Source: Octopus vulgaris (taxonomy: Eukaryota). From it: a stretch of DNA of 64,000 nucleotides. Location of the stretch: contig OX597814.1 in assembly GCA_951406725.2 (NCBI GenBank), positions 163,122,001-163,186,000 of the forward strand, in the 5' to 3' direction. Positions 37,965 to 55,700 of this stretch are shown one piece after another (positions within the stretch are counted from its first letter, which is position 1; every line of letters begins with the position of its first letter). The position numbers were made by a program, and so were the translations under genes. The notes beneath the pieces are model-generated. The model was not told the DNA's origin. It ran no database searches and saw only the letters and a program-made list of their open reading frames with translations.

Positions 37965-39289
37965 TTTGTTTCCTATATAACAAATTATTTCGTTAAATAT
38001 TTTCGAGATTGAAAAATAGATTTTGAAATGTCAAGAAAGTCGATTTTTCGAGAAATAATAATTCATCTTCAACTGTAAGTACCAAACAGTTTAATATAAG
38101 TGAAACAATTAATAGTACAGTTAAGAAAAGCGAAGAAAATTTGAGTCAGTACAATTGCTGAATCTTCGATAATTTTAAACGAACATATACCAAATTATTA
38201 ACATCATGGAAACAACGGAAAGAAGCTTTATTTTGGATTGAAAATAAAAACCCAATATTACGACAGTAACACTATGTATGTATGTATGTATGTGTGAAAG
38301 CGCGAGCTTACGATCGTGAGGTTGTGAGTTCGCCTCCCGGACCGGGCTGCGTAATTTTAGTCCTTGAGGACAGTTTTCATTTTTCTTTCGCGTTACCCAT
38401 TTTTGCCTTGTCTTGCAGCCCTAAAGCTTTTTTTTTTTTTTTTTTGCTGTATATGTATTATTTTCATTTTAATTGTTGTTTCCGTGTGGCTCTAAGTCTT
38501 TATTCTATCTATTGTTTTGTCCTTCATCCGTTTACTAACGGTCTCGTCTCGAGTCCGCCTCGAACCCATCTCGTCTTGTTATTCATAATTTGGTGCACTT
38601 GGTTTTGTGAGTGAATGCCTACGCGACAATTTGTAAAAAAATCGGATTTTCAAAAGATATCAACCAGCTAAGACTCACATTACAAATAAAATCAAAAAAC
38701 GGAACAGAAAAATATGCACAACTTCCTTAAGTCCAAAATGTGACATTGTTTCTGTTACCTACATCCAAACGATGGAGCTTTGTATCTTTGACAGAAACCA
38801 TCTCCTTCCTTGCGGGAAGACTTCAGATAATTAAAAGCAGAAGAGAACTCATATATACATACGTACACACACACACACACTTGCATACATATTCAAAATG
38901 TTCTGTAGTGTGTAGGCAGCTTGCTCTTATCATTTAGTTGCTGCGCCGCTTTGGTTCTCTTTTTCCTTTAACCCACTTGCAAAGACCATATTAAGGGGGT
39001 TGTAACAAAGGCAAGAAAAAGAAAAGAAAGAAAGGAACCCCTAGAAAGAGAGGGGGCAGACATAGTAACTTTGTACGTTCAGTGTATGGCAATATTAGGG
39101 TGATCGCTCAAGTATTTCTCGGGGATGACGCCATATTTTTCTGCTAAAATTATGACTTTCAACGGATACATAGATATCCAAAAATACAAAAAAAAATAAA
39201 AAAAGGTATCAAGAGCAAGCTCACTCGTAACCCACCCATTTCTGTCCTTTTCTTTCAGTTAGTATCTCTCTCTCTCTCTCTCTCTCTCT

Positions 39290-39355
<66 letters not shown>

Positions 39356-39703
39356 ATAAGATCGTTAATTTGAATTAAATAACGATGTTATCAAGTGGCC
39401 AGCATGGGAATAAAAACCTTCAAAGGTAATGATTATTATTCAAATTCTAACTTAGGGTATCTACAAGATACCGCCATGCTGAAAATAGCAGCCAGGATCT
39501 GACTCTAAAACCACATTAAGTGTTCATATAGCACAAGGAGAGAAGACAAAAAGACAAAATAAAACTAGTAAAAAATTGCTGGATAATTCCAGATCCCGGA
39601 TTTCTGGCTTTGCATTTAGAAATGCTTTGCCTCATCAGTGGAATATACGCTCTGGTCGACGCTATGGCGACCAGAGCTGGCTTGGCTTGGCTTGGCTTGG
39701 CTT

Positions 39704-39704
39704 A

Positions 39705-39784
<80 letters not shown>
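39704..39784. repeat. (AAAG)n microsatellite preceded by (GGCTT)n
   Basis: Directly visible. Confidence 0.95.
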
Positions 39785-40890
39785 ATTTCAATCATATATA
39801 GAGAACTATAGCGCGAAGGCAGCATAAAAAAAACAACCCTTCCTCAGTTGTTGGAAGTTTTACCTACTCCGCATTGCAACAAGATGCGTCTTCGTCAAAG
39901 TAATTGTTCCCCCAAAGCAAATTAAATAAAATTTGAGATACGTGGAACGTCAAAGCTGCTAACAAAAACAGGAAAGTGAAAACATTCGGTAAGGGCTGTT
40001 TAACATTAACGAGGTGAAGTGGTGAACGCTGGAGAAAGAAATCTTTGTCAAGAGACAGACAAGAATGCATCTTATAGTTATAAGCTGAACGAGAAGAAAA
40101 AGAATTACATTTAGAAATAGATCTATAATTATTGAGGACAGAATTACAGTTAGAAATAGAGAACTATAAATATTGAATTATGCATAAAGTGCTGACTTAC
40201 ATTCGGGGCTTCCAATTTCTCTGTTAAATATAAGATAATCGCAAAATCATCGCACATGTCACCTTCGATTACAAACACCAGTGGAAGATAAAAGTTCCAG
40301 AGGACTTTCTTGTTCTTTCGTTCGTACAAGGATCGTATTATGTTTCGGCTTAAAATAAATTATAAATACAAATATAACGTATAGAAATATTTAAAAACCA
40401 GAATAGAAAATAAACGTCTTAGGCATATAAAATGAGATAACATGAGATATCAAGGTGTCATAAATTTGAAACCTGCTAGAATATCATAGATTATATATAT
40501 CAAGTCATTTAATCAGTTCTGTACAATTTTACATTTTTTTAGATTTGAATGAAATTTAATAGTATTTTCAAATGTCTAATTCAATTAAAAATTATCTTTA
40601 TGCATTTGTGTACGTTTAAACTAATTAAATATTGTTTTACAAAATAATAGACGGTGTCCACAAAGTCTGAATACATGGGGATTAACACATACTTTATGCA
40701 TAAGTATTCATTGGATCTAATCCAGATAGTATTTTCAAAAAGCTTTACAGTTTTATATTTTAAAAATTTAATTTTAAAGTTTAAGAAAATTATAAGACGC
40801 TAAATATTTATGCTTACAACATACTAAAATGTCTATGATTTTATTTAATAATATGTAAATTCCCAATATATATGTATGTATGTGTGTGTA

Positions 40891-44758
<3,868 letters not shown>

Positions 44759-46089
44759 TTGTCTATAAAGTATAGAATGTAGAGAAAAAAAATTTGAACA
44801 CCTGGAGGAAAGCCCCATCGAAAAGTGTCTTGGTGCGACTATGAAAGATATCTAATCAGAGGCGGTAAATTCGCCACAATAGAAGCAAGGTTCGAGTCAA
44901 CGGAGCGTGTAAGGGAGTACTCGACTCGAACCTTGCAAAGTAGAAATATTTTATTTTTACCTTTATATCTGGGACGTAGGACGTCTCGGATAAAAATTTA
45001 AAATGCCCCCCAGAAGTAGAGGTAGGCTGGACTGTAGCCACACTTCTATATAAGAGGGAGGACAAGATACAATTGATCGAAATTGCAAGAGACGGGCCTG
45101 CAATTCCAGTCTGTTATATATTTTGAGTATTGTTATCACTAGCGATATCAAGATATAACTTTGTATTTTGTATTTTATGTGTAGATGTATATATATAGAT
45201 GTACATGTTATATGTACACACATATATATACACATATATACATGCACTAGCACTATGACCCGGCAACCACGGGTCATAATGCTAGTACATATATAATATT
45301 ATAATGCGGATTATTATAATGAGTGTAAAATAGTTCATTATAAGCTTTGAAAAAAAAACAAGTACTAATAAGTACCGGTTAACAATGATTAACTAACAAT
45401 ATGTTCACATATTGTAGAATATTAGAGACTACTCATAATTCTAAAATTTTTTTCTTAGAATTTTATTTACAATTTGTATAATATCGTAAGAAATATATAA
45501 ACAAAAATGACATTTATATCGAATTGGGAAGCCCAGTAAGAATTAATATGATCGATTTGAATTAAATCTGTGGTGATTGACTTAATTTCCATGACACTAA
45601 TAGTATAATTTTCATATTAGCAACTAGAATCAATTCGTGGCTTATAAGAACAACTCTTAGTGTTATATAACGAATAATTAAAGAAGATCACTTAATGGTT
45701 CAGCTGAGTGTATCGACATACGATTATTGTAAGCATTGTTTGTATATGTTGATGTAGTTTTTCAAAGTTTTAGTTTGTATTTACCATTCATAGAGTTACA
45801 TTAAATTTTTGGATGTTAGACTCGACTCGTTGCCCAGTTTAACACACCCTTTTAGCAGAGTCATTATGGATGTAGGCATTCAAGCCTGTTAGTCTTCCGG
45901 TCTGAGGTTATTTCCCTACTTCACGGCAGTCTAGCCAAGCCCTTGAAAAGAAGTAGTCATTCAGTGTTTAATGTTATATAGAAGTAAAATTAATAAAATG
46001 CTACAGCTCATTATTTTGGGAAGATGGTGAATGAGAGACAATGTGAGTGGATGTAGTTATTTATTTATCATTATTGGTGCCTTCACTAA

Positions 46090-46710
46090 TGTGGTGAGCT
46101 GGCAGACTTGTTGGCGAATCGGACAAAATGCTTAGCTGCAATTCTCCCGGCTCTTTACGACCAAGCTTCAAATTCAAAGTCGACGTTGCTTTTACTTGCT
46201 CACTAGGATCGATGTAATCGACTTACTCAAATTTCTGGTGTTCTACGATAATTTGAAACCATTATCAGTGTCTTCGTAATTTTCTGTTTGTTTAAGGCAG
46301 TGAGTTGGCAGAATTTCTAACACGCTGAACAAAATGCTAGGCTTCGTTTCGTCCGTCAGTACGTTCTGAGTTCAAATACCGCCAAAGTTGAGCTTGCCTT
46401 TCATCCTGTCGGGGTTGATAAATTAAGTTCCAGTTAAGTACTGGGGTCAATGTATTCGGCTTCCCTCGAAATTGCTGGCCTTATACCAAAATTTGAAACC
46501 AAAGGCAGCGAGCTGGCAGAATTACCGCGCCGGGCAAAATGCTTAGCAGCATTTCGTCCGTCCTTATGTTCTGAGTTCAAAATCCGCTGTGGTCAGCTTT
46601 GCCTTTCATCCATTTTAGGGTCGATCAAATAAGTACCGGTTGAGCACTGGGGTTGATGTGATCGACTTAACTCCTACCCCAAAATTTCAGGCCTGTAGTA
46701 GAAAGGATTA
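46090..46710 (+). mobile_element. Tandem cluster of Meta-type tRNA SINEs
   Basis: Three consecutive GAGCTGGCAGA heads with GCCTTTCATCC cores. Confidence 0.75.
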
Positions 46711-47231
46711 TTTTTGTAATAAACATAATTTCTCTGAATCTTGTCTCTTCTATGAATTACAATATAATGATCCATGCTAGTTGCCAGGTCAGCAATAGAT
46801 TCCCTATGCAATCGTTCAATCTGTAAGAAAAATTTTCCCCAATCTGGAACCTTGAATTATAACGAATAAGATGAAGGCACATGGCTTAGTGGTTAGGATG
46901 TTGGGATCATGATCATAGGATATCGGGCTTGTTTGCTGGATCAGGTGGTGCGTCGTGTCCTCAAGTAAGGCACTTTAAATCACATTGCCCTATCATATAT
47001 AGCTGAAAAAACAAACAAACAAATAAACAAAAAACTGCCTGCTGGTGTAGCTACTTCTCCCACCGTCTGTCAAATTCTGGATATCTTGCTGGGTCAAAGC
47101 GCGAAGGCACTGAAATAGAGCCTGCTTGCTAGGGACAACAGGTGCAGCTATAAGAATTAACCAAAGTATGGCACGTGCTACTAAACCATTCTAGAATCCG
47201 AGAGACGATCGTAACTTTTAATCTCTGATAT

Positions 47232-47456
47232 ATACGAGAGAGTACTGAAAAATTACTGGCTTGGAGGGTATCACAAAAGTCTTGGCTGGAGGCCCAACAC
47301 TCCGAATTCTTTTACAGGGCTTAGAAAAACTGAAGGACCGTTGTAATGTGTGTGAATCTGAGAGGGGAATATGTTCAATAAAATCATAATTAACTGATCC
47401 TCCTATATTTTATTTTACCCAAAGCTAGGAACTTTTCAGCACACCTTTGTATGTAC

Positions 47457-47509
<53 letters not shown>

Positions 47510-47745
47510 TGTGTGTATACATACACGAGGCGGGTGCTGAAAAATTCTTGTGTTTAAAGGTTTCGCGAAAGGCCTGGTTGGAGGCCCAACATACCGGGTT
47601 CTTTTACAAGGCTTAGAAAAACTGAAGGACTGCTGCAAAAAGTGTGTGAATCTGAGAGGGAAATATGTTGAATAAAATCATAATTTACTGATCCTCCTGC
47701 ATTTTCTTTCACCCAAAGCCGGGAACTTTTCATCATCCCCTCGTA
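47232..47745. mobile_element. Two tandem mariner-derived MITEs separated by (TG)n
   Basis: CGAGG..GTGCTGAAAA / TTTTCAGCA..CTCG termini with TA flanks; the two copies share internal sequence. Confidence 0.75.
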
Positions 47746-48107
47746 TGTGCGTGTGTGTGTGTGTGTGTGTGAACAAAAACACATATATAGGAAGAAGCGT
47801 AATATGACCAATGGTTTATATCATCCGATAGTCTGGTCCATAGAGTGCTCTCTCTCTCTCTCTCTTTCTCTCTGTTACTAATTAGCTACATATAAATTCT
47901 TCATCCAAATTAAAATTTGGTATTATTTGACGTGTTCAATTATATCTAAAGTGTACAATTTTGTAATTCCTATTTGCAAATGGAACATGTTTCGAGCTGG
48001 TCTCTTGAGATTTTACAACTAGCTATTTTGCTTGTTGCAAATCAGTAACCGATGGTCGCTTTGTTTACAATATATTGCCGGCTGGAACGGCTCTGGCGAT
48101 TAGGTAC

Positions 48108-48156
48108 TCGCGACTGAAGATGTGCCAACCAGCTCGAAACTAAGTATGTCTCGCGA
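48108..48156 (+). ncRNA. Type-I hammerhead-like motif in a Penelope pLTR-like fragment
   Basis: TCGCGA-CTGAAGA-t-GTGC..GCTC-GAAAC-taagtat-GTC-TCGCGA; stem II is imperfect. Confidence 0.62.
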
Positions 48157-48368
48157 TCCCGTCGTCTGCTAGAGGATGGTAGGGGTTCGCACCCTCTGCG
48201 ATTAATATATATCTGTATATAGGGTGAAATGCCGCACCGATAACCAGCTGGTGGAAGATCTGACCGGAGTTAAACTAGTAGTAACATGGAACAGCCACTT
48301 TGATGTGGCAATTAACTTTACTTGCTGGTATAGTTACTACTCTGGTCTCTTCTTGAGATTTTAAAACT

Positions 48369-48509
<141 letters not shown>

Positions 48510-49149
48510 AAGAAGTTATTATGCACGTACGCTGCGAAAGATATAATAAACCTTTACATAAATAAATAACGTGAAATACACGAAGGGACGAACAAAAAGA
48601 CAAACGGGTCATTCAAAGCCTTCATTCTTCAGTCAGAAACTGATCCCTCATCGCAGATTTCGGCTGTTTAATTCTGAGATCCGCTCTGAATCAGCCAGCC
48701 ACAGAAGGAAAGAATGCAACGCAACAGAGACGAACATGAAACGAAAAATCTTTTTTGGAGACAGTAACGGTTAAAAACATGGATGACACAGGCGCCCTAC
48801 GGCTTTGAGACAAAAAGAGAGACACAAAAACAATATCAGCAAGCGTGGAAAAATAATTACCTTTTCGATAGACAGATAGATAGATAGATAGATAGATATG
48901 TAATTGAACCGTTTCATGAATGTTTCGTTTATTTAATTATTGTTAACCGGTGCTTACTAGTACTTGTTTTTCAAAGCTTATAATGAACTATTTTACACTC
49001 ATTATAATAATCCGCATCATAATATTCAACGTAAAACAACAGCAACAACAACAACAACAGTAATTACTTTATTTGCCACAAGGGCAGCGTATGAGAAGAC
49101 AATACAAGAACAAATTACAAAACAGTAATGTTTTACGAAGAATCGATTA

Positions 49150-50350
49150 TAATGAAAAAAATAACTGGATACAAAAGGAATAAAATGAAACGTCTTTACA
49201 GCGAGGAAGGCGGCTATGTAGGGCCAATCAATACACCCCATAGATCCAAAATTAACCTAACTATCGAAAGTAAATGTCCTTTCCCAGATGTTTTCTCTGA
49301 TATGCTGGTGATGCTGAGGATAGGCCTGCACTCAGACTATATTCGCCACTATCCCCACCTGTCAAAAATTTAATAAAAGGCAGTATCTTCTTCCTCACCC
49401 TTAGCATTCACTCCAAATGAAGCTAATGAGGGATCGGTCGAAGAGGAAAGTATCTATTTTTATTCATAACAAAGTTCGCCGAAGCCACCAGAAAAGAAAT
49501 TTTCCATTTCCAGTAAAAAATTTTTTTTAAAAAGGCGATGGGGTGATCCACACCAAGGATTTGACTGACGGATGGATCCGTCCTACCTACATCAATAACT
49601 ATTTGACATAACTTCACATGTCAGCAATCTTCGGACACTGTAGAATTTTTCCCAAACTGGCAATTCACCAATAACGTTGCTAAATTAAGTATTTCTAGAA
49701 GTTGTCCATTGTCTCCAAGGTTAAATTTTTCCAGCAGAGGCAATTGATTTGGCTTTCAACGGTGACTATAGTATCCCTAAGAACGACATCTCTCCTGCTC
49801 AACGCCAACCTTCTATTGAATGCAAGCTACTTACTGCATTACCCAACATGTAGAGAGCTATAAGCACTTGACTTTCCACGTAGATCTTGTTCTTAGACTG
49901 ATATAAGGCTACACATCCATCAGAGACGATTTGTACAGCGACTATTCATGCTCGCTGACCAAGAACTTCTGTAAATACCACAGTTTCAATGCATGCATCA
50001 TCAACTACAAATAGCGCCCTCTGCTCAAAGGGTGTTGGCAGCACGAGAAGTGAAAGGGTAGGTGATTCAAACTGACCAAGTAAAAATAGTAAAGGTGGTG
50101 ATATATATGTTGGTCATCTGTATCTGATCTTACAGAGATAGCTTCCTCTCAATGCATTTCTGAATGAGACTAGCTACACTGCACGTTCCGAATCATACCT
50201 TAAGTACCTTATCAGTATTTAGGTCCAGTGACTTACAACGCAGTGCCGAGATTCAAATCTGCCATCATTTCTTGGTTAATGCGTGCGTCTGTTACAACTT
50301 CGTATTTTCACATTAGAGTGTCAGTCACCTCGATGTCCATAATGTCCGAC
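49150..50350 (-). mobile_element. Highly decayed L1/Tx1-like LINE 3' region
   Basis: ILQCPKIADM*SYVK*LL (HxxxxC zf-RVT-like) and FLVASANFV; limits approximate. Confidence 0.4.
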
Positions 50351-50569
50351 ACTTTTGCGGTGATGTTTTCTGCGTATGCAGACACGGCCGTCTCACGTAA
50401 AATTTCGAGTGGAAGGCATTTCAACAACACTGGCTTCTGCAATAATAGCTCGAAATCAAAGCTGGACCAGAATTATGCGACAGAACACCCTAATTATAAT
50501 AATCCTACTTACTTTTTCAAAACCATGTATCCATGTTTTTACTTTCATTTCTCAATATCTTATAAACAA

Positions 50570-51300
50570 AGACAGCGAGCTGGCAGAATTGTTAGTACGC
50601 CGGACAAAATGCTTAGAGGCATTTCGTCCGTCTTCATGTTTTGAGTACAAATTTCGCCGGGGTCGACTTTCCCTTTTCGGGATCATTGTAATCGGGGTCA
50701 ATGTAATCAACTTGTTCTTCACCTGAATTTACTGGCCTTGTGCCAAAATCTGAAACCAATAAGAAGGCGGTGAGCTGGCAGAAACGTTAGTACGCCGGGC
50801 GAAATGCTTAGCGGTATTTCATCTGCAGTTACGTTCTGAGTTCAAATTCCGCCGAGGTCGATTTTACTTTTCATCCTTTTGGGGTCAATAAATTAAATAC
50901 CAGTTGTGTATTGGGGTCGATCTAATCGACTGGCCCCCTCCCCCAAAATTTCAGGCCTTGTGCTTAGAGCAGAAAAGAATCGTTAGCACGTCGGACGAAA
51001 TTCTGCTAAGCATTTCGTCTGTCTTTACTTCCTGAGTTCAAATTCCGCCAAGGTTGACTTTTCCTTTCATCCTTTTGGGGTCAATAAAATAAGTACAGGA
51101 GTCGATGTAATTGACTTTGTCCTTCCCCTGAGCTTGCTAGCCTTGTGCCAAAATTGGAAACCAATATTTCATAACCAAGACGCTGATAATTGGCAGAATC
51201 GGCTCAACTTCACGATCATTTTCCCAAAATCGATTAAAAATAATAACTGGTAAGTGTAGACAATAGATCGATATAATCGACTATACCTTTCCCTTCAAAT
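50570..51300 (+). mobile_element. Tandem cluster of Meta-type tRNA SINEs
   Basis: About four head-to-tail copies; the 50765-50975 copy looks closest to consensus. Confidence 0.78.
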
Positions 51301-52261
51301 GTGTGATTTTACACCATTGTTAGAAATCAATTCCTTATAACCAGGTCATTTAAAACAGTAAATACAATAATTAGTCAGACGACTTTAATGTTATTTCTGT
51401 TAAATGTTTAAAAAATAAAATAAAATAAAAGCAAATCTATGATCAAAAAAAGATTTACACGATAAATTGGTTGGATTCATCATAATAGGTGAACATTATT
51501 TAAATCAAGATTGATATTAATTACATGTTTAGTATGATTACTGAGATTAAGGCTTTAAATACCAGACAAGATATGTTAACGTTTAGTAAACGTGCAAATA
51601 TTCATACATCTTGTAAAAAGAACATTTCAAAGAGCATACTAAAAGATCAGTAAGTGTCTAATTAATAGTCACACATTAACATAGTGTCTTGATTTTAATC
51701 TACTTCTCTTGTTAATGTTGTTGACTGGTTACAAATAAAAGTTCTGAGTTGGTTAATTTGATTTTAACCTACATGGATAAAAACTAAAACAAAAGCTTAG
51801 TCTATTGCCGGGTCACAACAATCTGGTCATTGGTTACACTTGCCGGATTCTATTCTATTGTGATGGAATCGTGTGGCGTAGCTTAATGATTAGGTCGTTG
51901 GACTCATGATAGTAAGATTGTCGTTTCCATTCCTGAACTGGACGACACGTTGTGTTTTTGAGCAAAACACTTCATTTCCCGTTGCTCCTGTCCACTCACC
52001 TGGTAAAAATGAGTAATCCTGCGACGGACCGGCGCCCCGTCCAGTTAGGGAATATATACGCGATCGAAATCGGGAAACCGGCCTATAAGTTTAAATGACT
52101 CAGGAAGGAACTCTACGTATTTTACTATTCTATTGCAACCAGTCGGACTAGTCCATCAGTCTGAAAACCCAACGTGTCCATGTACAGTTACCTGCTACAT
52201 TAACTCATGTTAGTAGTTCCTTCCTCCATCTACCAACCTCGGTAGCTCTTCTGACTAAACC

Positions 52262-52339
<78 letters not shown>

Positions 52340-52340
<1 letters not shown>

Positions 52341-53120
52341 TAGCAGCATAGCCCGGCGTTGCCCGGGTATGTAAGAGCCCCTAGTAGGCAACGACTAATC
52401 CCAATCTAGTCCTTTCCCTCTAGGGAACGAAGGCGCATGTGTAGGTTGCAATGTCTTCTCTTCACTCCTAAATAACTATCAAACAGCTATCGATAATTCA
52501 ACCCAACCAATTCCTACCAGGAAGAAATTACATTCGAGACTTTACCCCCAACACCGCCACTTCTGCTAATCGCTGCTGCAGCCGCAAGTTATTCGAATAC
52601 TTTTTTGTTTACACTTTCTTTATAACTACCACCCCAAACGTTTTACCTTAAATTTTTGATGTACCCTAAGGGTCCTCGGACGCTACTTGCAAACTCTTGG
52701 TTTATTATAAACCGCTTTTGTCGTGTGCATCAAAAAACCTTTTCCATTCGTTTGTTCAGTTTGGTCACTTTTGACTTTTTCGTTGTTGTCACTGACATTG
52801 CTGCCCGCTTTTTTGCCGTTTTTGTACATTTTTATACATTTTGGGATACTTACCCCACGTGTTCCGAGAGTTAAAAAGGTCGAGTTGCGTCCCCTAGACA
52901 GTCTGTAGAAAATGTGTTGCATATAAAAAGTTTAGATTCTCGACCCATGTCGAATTTATCGATTTTTTTTCAGAACTGGGGGAACTTTTCAAAATTTTCG
53001 CTGCGTTAGTTTTGAATAATGACATTGGGCTATGTGTGTGTCAAGTTTCACCAGAATCGGTTGAAAGCCGTGGTCAGGGTGAGGGTACAACCTGACAGAC
53101 ACACAGACAGACAAACTGCC

Positions 53121-53156
<36 letters not shown>
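52340..53156 (-). mobile_element. Non-autonomous Helitron, same termini as 4621-5563
   Basis: Near-identical ~125-bp 3' end (hairpin + CTAG) and a shared ~240-bp 5' end; different interior. Confidence 0.9.
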
Positions 53157-53162
<6 letters not shown>

Positions 53163-53520
53163 CAATGGTGAACTAAACAAAAGATTTGATTAAACTACTC
53201 TAAAGTCACAAATCTGATGGAGTTAATACTGAAATAATGATTTAGTGATTTAAATAAAATATATTAGACTCATAAGTAATTATAATTATAATGTTGTACG
53301 GAGCAGAATGTGAAGGCTCATGGGTTAGTGGTTAGAGTGTCGGGCTTACAATCATAAAGTAGTGAGTCCGATTCCTCGAGTGGGCAGTGTGTTTTGTTCT
53401 TGAGCAAGAAAGTAGAGCCGGAAGAAATGTTGCTAGGGATTTTTCCGGCCCTATAACAGTTCAGCCACCTTGCTATATATATATATATATACATACATAT
53501 ATATATACATGCATATATAT

Positions 53521-53569
<49 letters not shown>

Positions 53570-53829
53570 TAGCTTACAGCTGTTTCTGCTATAAAATGCA
53601 GTGGACTCATAGCTAAGTGCTTGAGTAACTAACACCTTATAGTTTCATCGGACCCTCGAATATGATGTAAGGTGGCGAGCTGGCAGAATCGTTAGCACGC
53701 CGAGCGAAATGCTTGACGGCATTTCGTCTGCCGTTACGTTAAAGTTCAAATTCCGCCGAGGTCTGCTTAATTAACAACAGCAACTATCACGACTCCAAGT
53801 AGTAGTAGTAAGACATTTCTCCTATGGCA

Positions 53830-54700
53830 TCACTTTCAATAACACATCTATATGGATTTTTTTAATCCTCAAGACATTTTTAACATCTCAAGGCTCAAAT
53901 GTTTCAGAAAAAAAAATACAATTTCAAAAGAAATTGTATAGTTCATAGTTCTATATAAAACTTCCAGCCATCTTGCAGGTTTCAAAATCGCCGTGGAATT
54001 TCCACAGCTATGACAAATATTCATTATTGGGAATTCTCTTTCTACCTCTGCAGAGCTCGGAGCAACGGTATTCATTCTATCTTTAGTTATTCGCACTGTT
54101 AGTGAATTCTCATGATTATGATAATTTCGAGTAATATTTTCTACATGAATGCGGGAATCCTTAACACAGATTTACAGAATTCGTGTTAATCTTTCTTTTA
54201 GCTGCTTTCATATGAAAAAAGGCATTCATCAGTATTCCAAGAATCTGGTTTAGCAACATTTACCAATTCGTGAATTCTATTGTTAATTTCTTTACATTTA
54301 TTGCTTGATGTTGCGTTATCACAATCCGAACACACTGCTTTCGTAGCTTTTAATTCTACATTCAGTAATTCTTTCTGTGGAAGATTTAGAAAAATCTTGC
54401 TTTTAATAAATTTTAGCTTAAAAAAAAAAAAAAGGTTTCGTCTCTTTTCTTTTCATACTCTTTCTGATAATTTCGGATTCTGTTATTTATTTATTTATTT
54501 ATTTCAATTCGTAATTCCTGAAATGTCTTTCTTGAAGTTGTTTTAAGAGAAAGGAAGTCCTTACTTTGTCTATCAATATGGCTATATCTTCCAGAAAATA
54601 TTTGTTGGAAATATGGTTAATCATTACTTCATATTTTTCGTTTGTAGGATAAAAACAATGCTGCATAAGTTCACCAAATTGTTGCAACTATGAATTTAAA
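53830..54700 (-). mobile_element. hAT transposase relic (KIAA1586-like)
   Basis: TVAPSSAEVEREFPIMN (hATC dimerisation motif) and FLEDIAILID..LKQLQER. Confidence 0.65.
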
Positions 54701-55082
54701 TTTCAAGCAATCCATTTTGGTTTGAAAGTATTTAATAGTGGTTTCAAATTTTAGCACAAGACCGGCAAATTTGAGGGGATGAGGAAGTCGATTACACCGA
54801 CCCCAGTGCTCAACTAGTACTTATTTTATCGACCTTAAAAACATGAAAGACAAAGTCGACCTCGCAGAATTTGAACTCGGATCGTTGAGATGGACAAGAT
54901 GCTGCGAAGAATTTTGTTCGGCGTGCTAAAGATTCTGCCAGCTTGCTACCTTGAAAACAACTAATATTGGGTCGAAATTTGTTTCAAATTTTGGCACAAG
55001 GCCAGCAAGTTCATGAGGATGGTTAAATCGATTAAAACGACCCACCTGTTCAGATGGTACTTATTTTATCGACCCCGAAAGC

Positions 55083-55700
55083 GACTGGAATTTCGCTCCC
55101 ACTTTCTCCCTAAATGTTAAAACTAACGTAGGTAAGAAATTTCTGGCTCCTTTAGGTAAGCATTTCCCAATAAACCATAAACCCAGCAAGATTTTTTAAT
55201 AGGCGCTCCATAAAAATATCATACAGTTGCCACTCCAGCATGAAGAACATCGTTATAAGCATCACCAAAAGCCCACTTCCAATTGTAACTGTCAAGATCC
55301 TGAAGCTTGCTCACTTGACCAGACGTGTATGATAAAATCTGTCATCTATGAGGCAGAAACAGCCACAGTAATAGAAAAGAAAAGTTACATCAGTTTATGC
55401 GGAGGAAATTTTAAAAGATGTTAGGCAAACCACCAGTCTTCTTTTCAGTACATCGACAAATGTAAAGCTACTAAGTTGATTATCCACGTAATGGAGTTTG
55501 AATACGAACTGCACACCACATGCAATCAAGTGGAGAATCGTGGAGAGATGTAAATGGATCAAAGAGATACAACTTAAGCGCAGCTAAAAGATCGAACATT
55601 CTTTTTAGATAAAAGAATTTCATCACACTACTTAATTCCAGATCCAAAATTTTCAGCAAACTTTTTTCGTCGAACTGAAGGATACAACCTTCTCCGGACT
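55083..55700 (+). mobile_element. Penelope-like element relic (RT thumb, Cys linker, GIY-YIG)
   Basis: PTFSLNVKTNVGKKFL..HFP..KIFNRRSIKISYSC, CNCQDPEACSLDQTC, VIYEA..SYISLCGGNFKRC*ANHQSSF. Confidence 0.82.
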
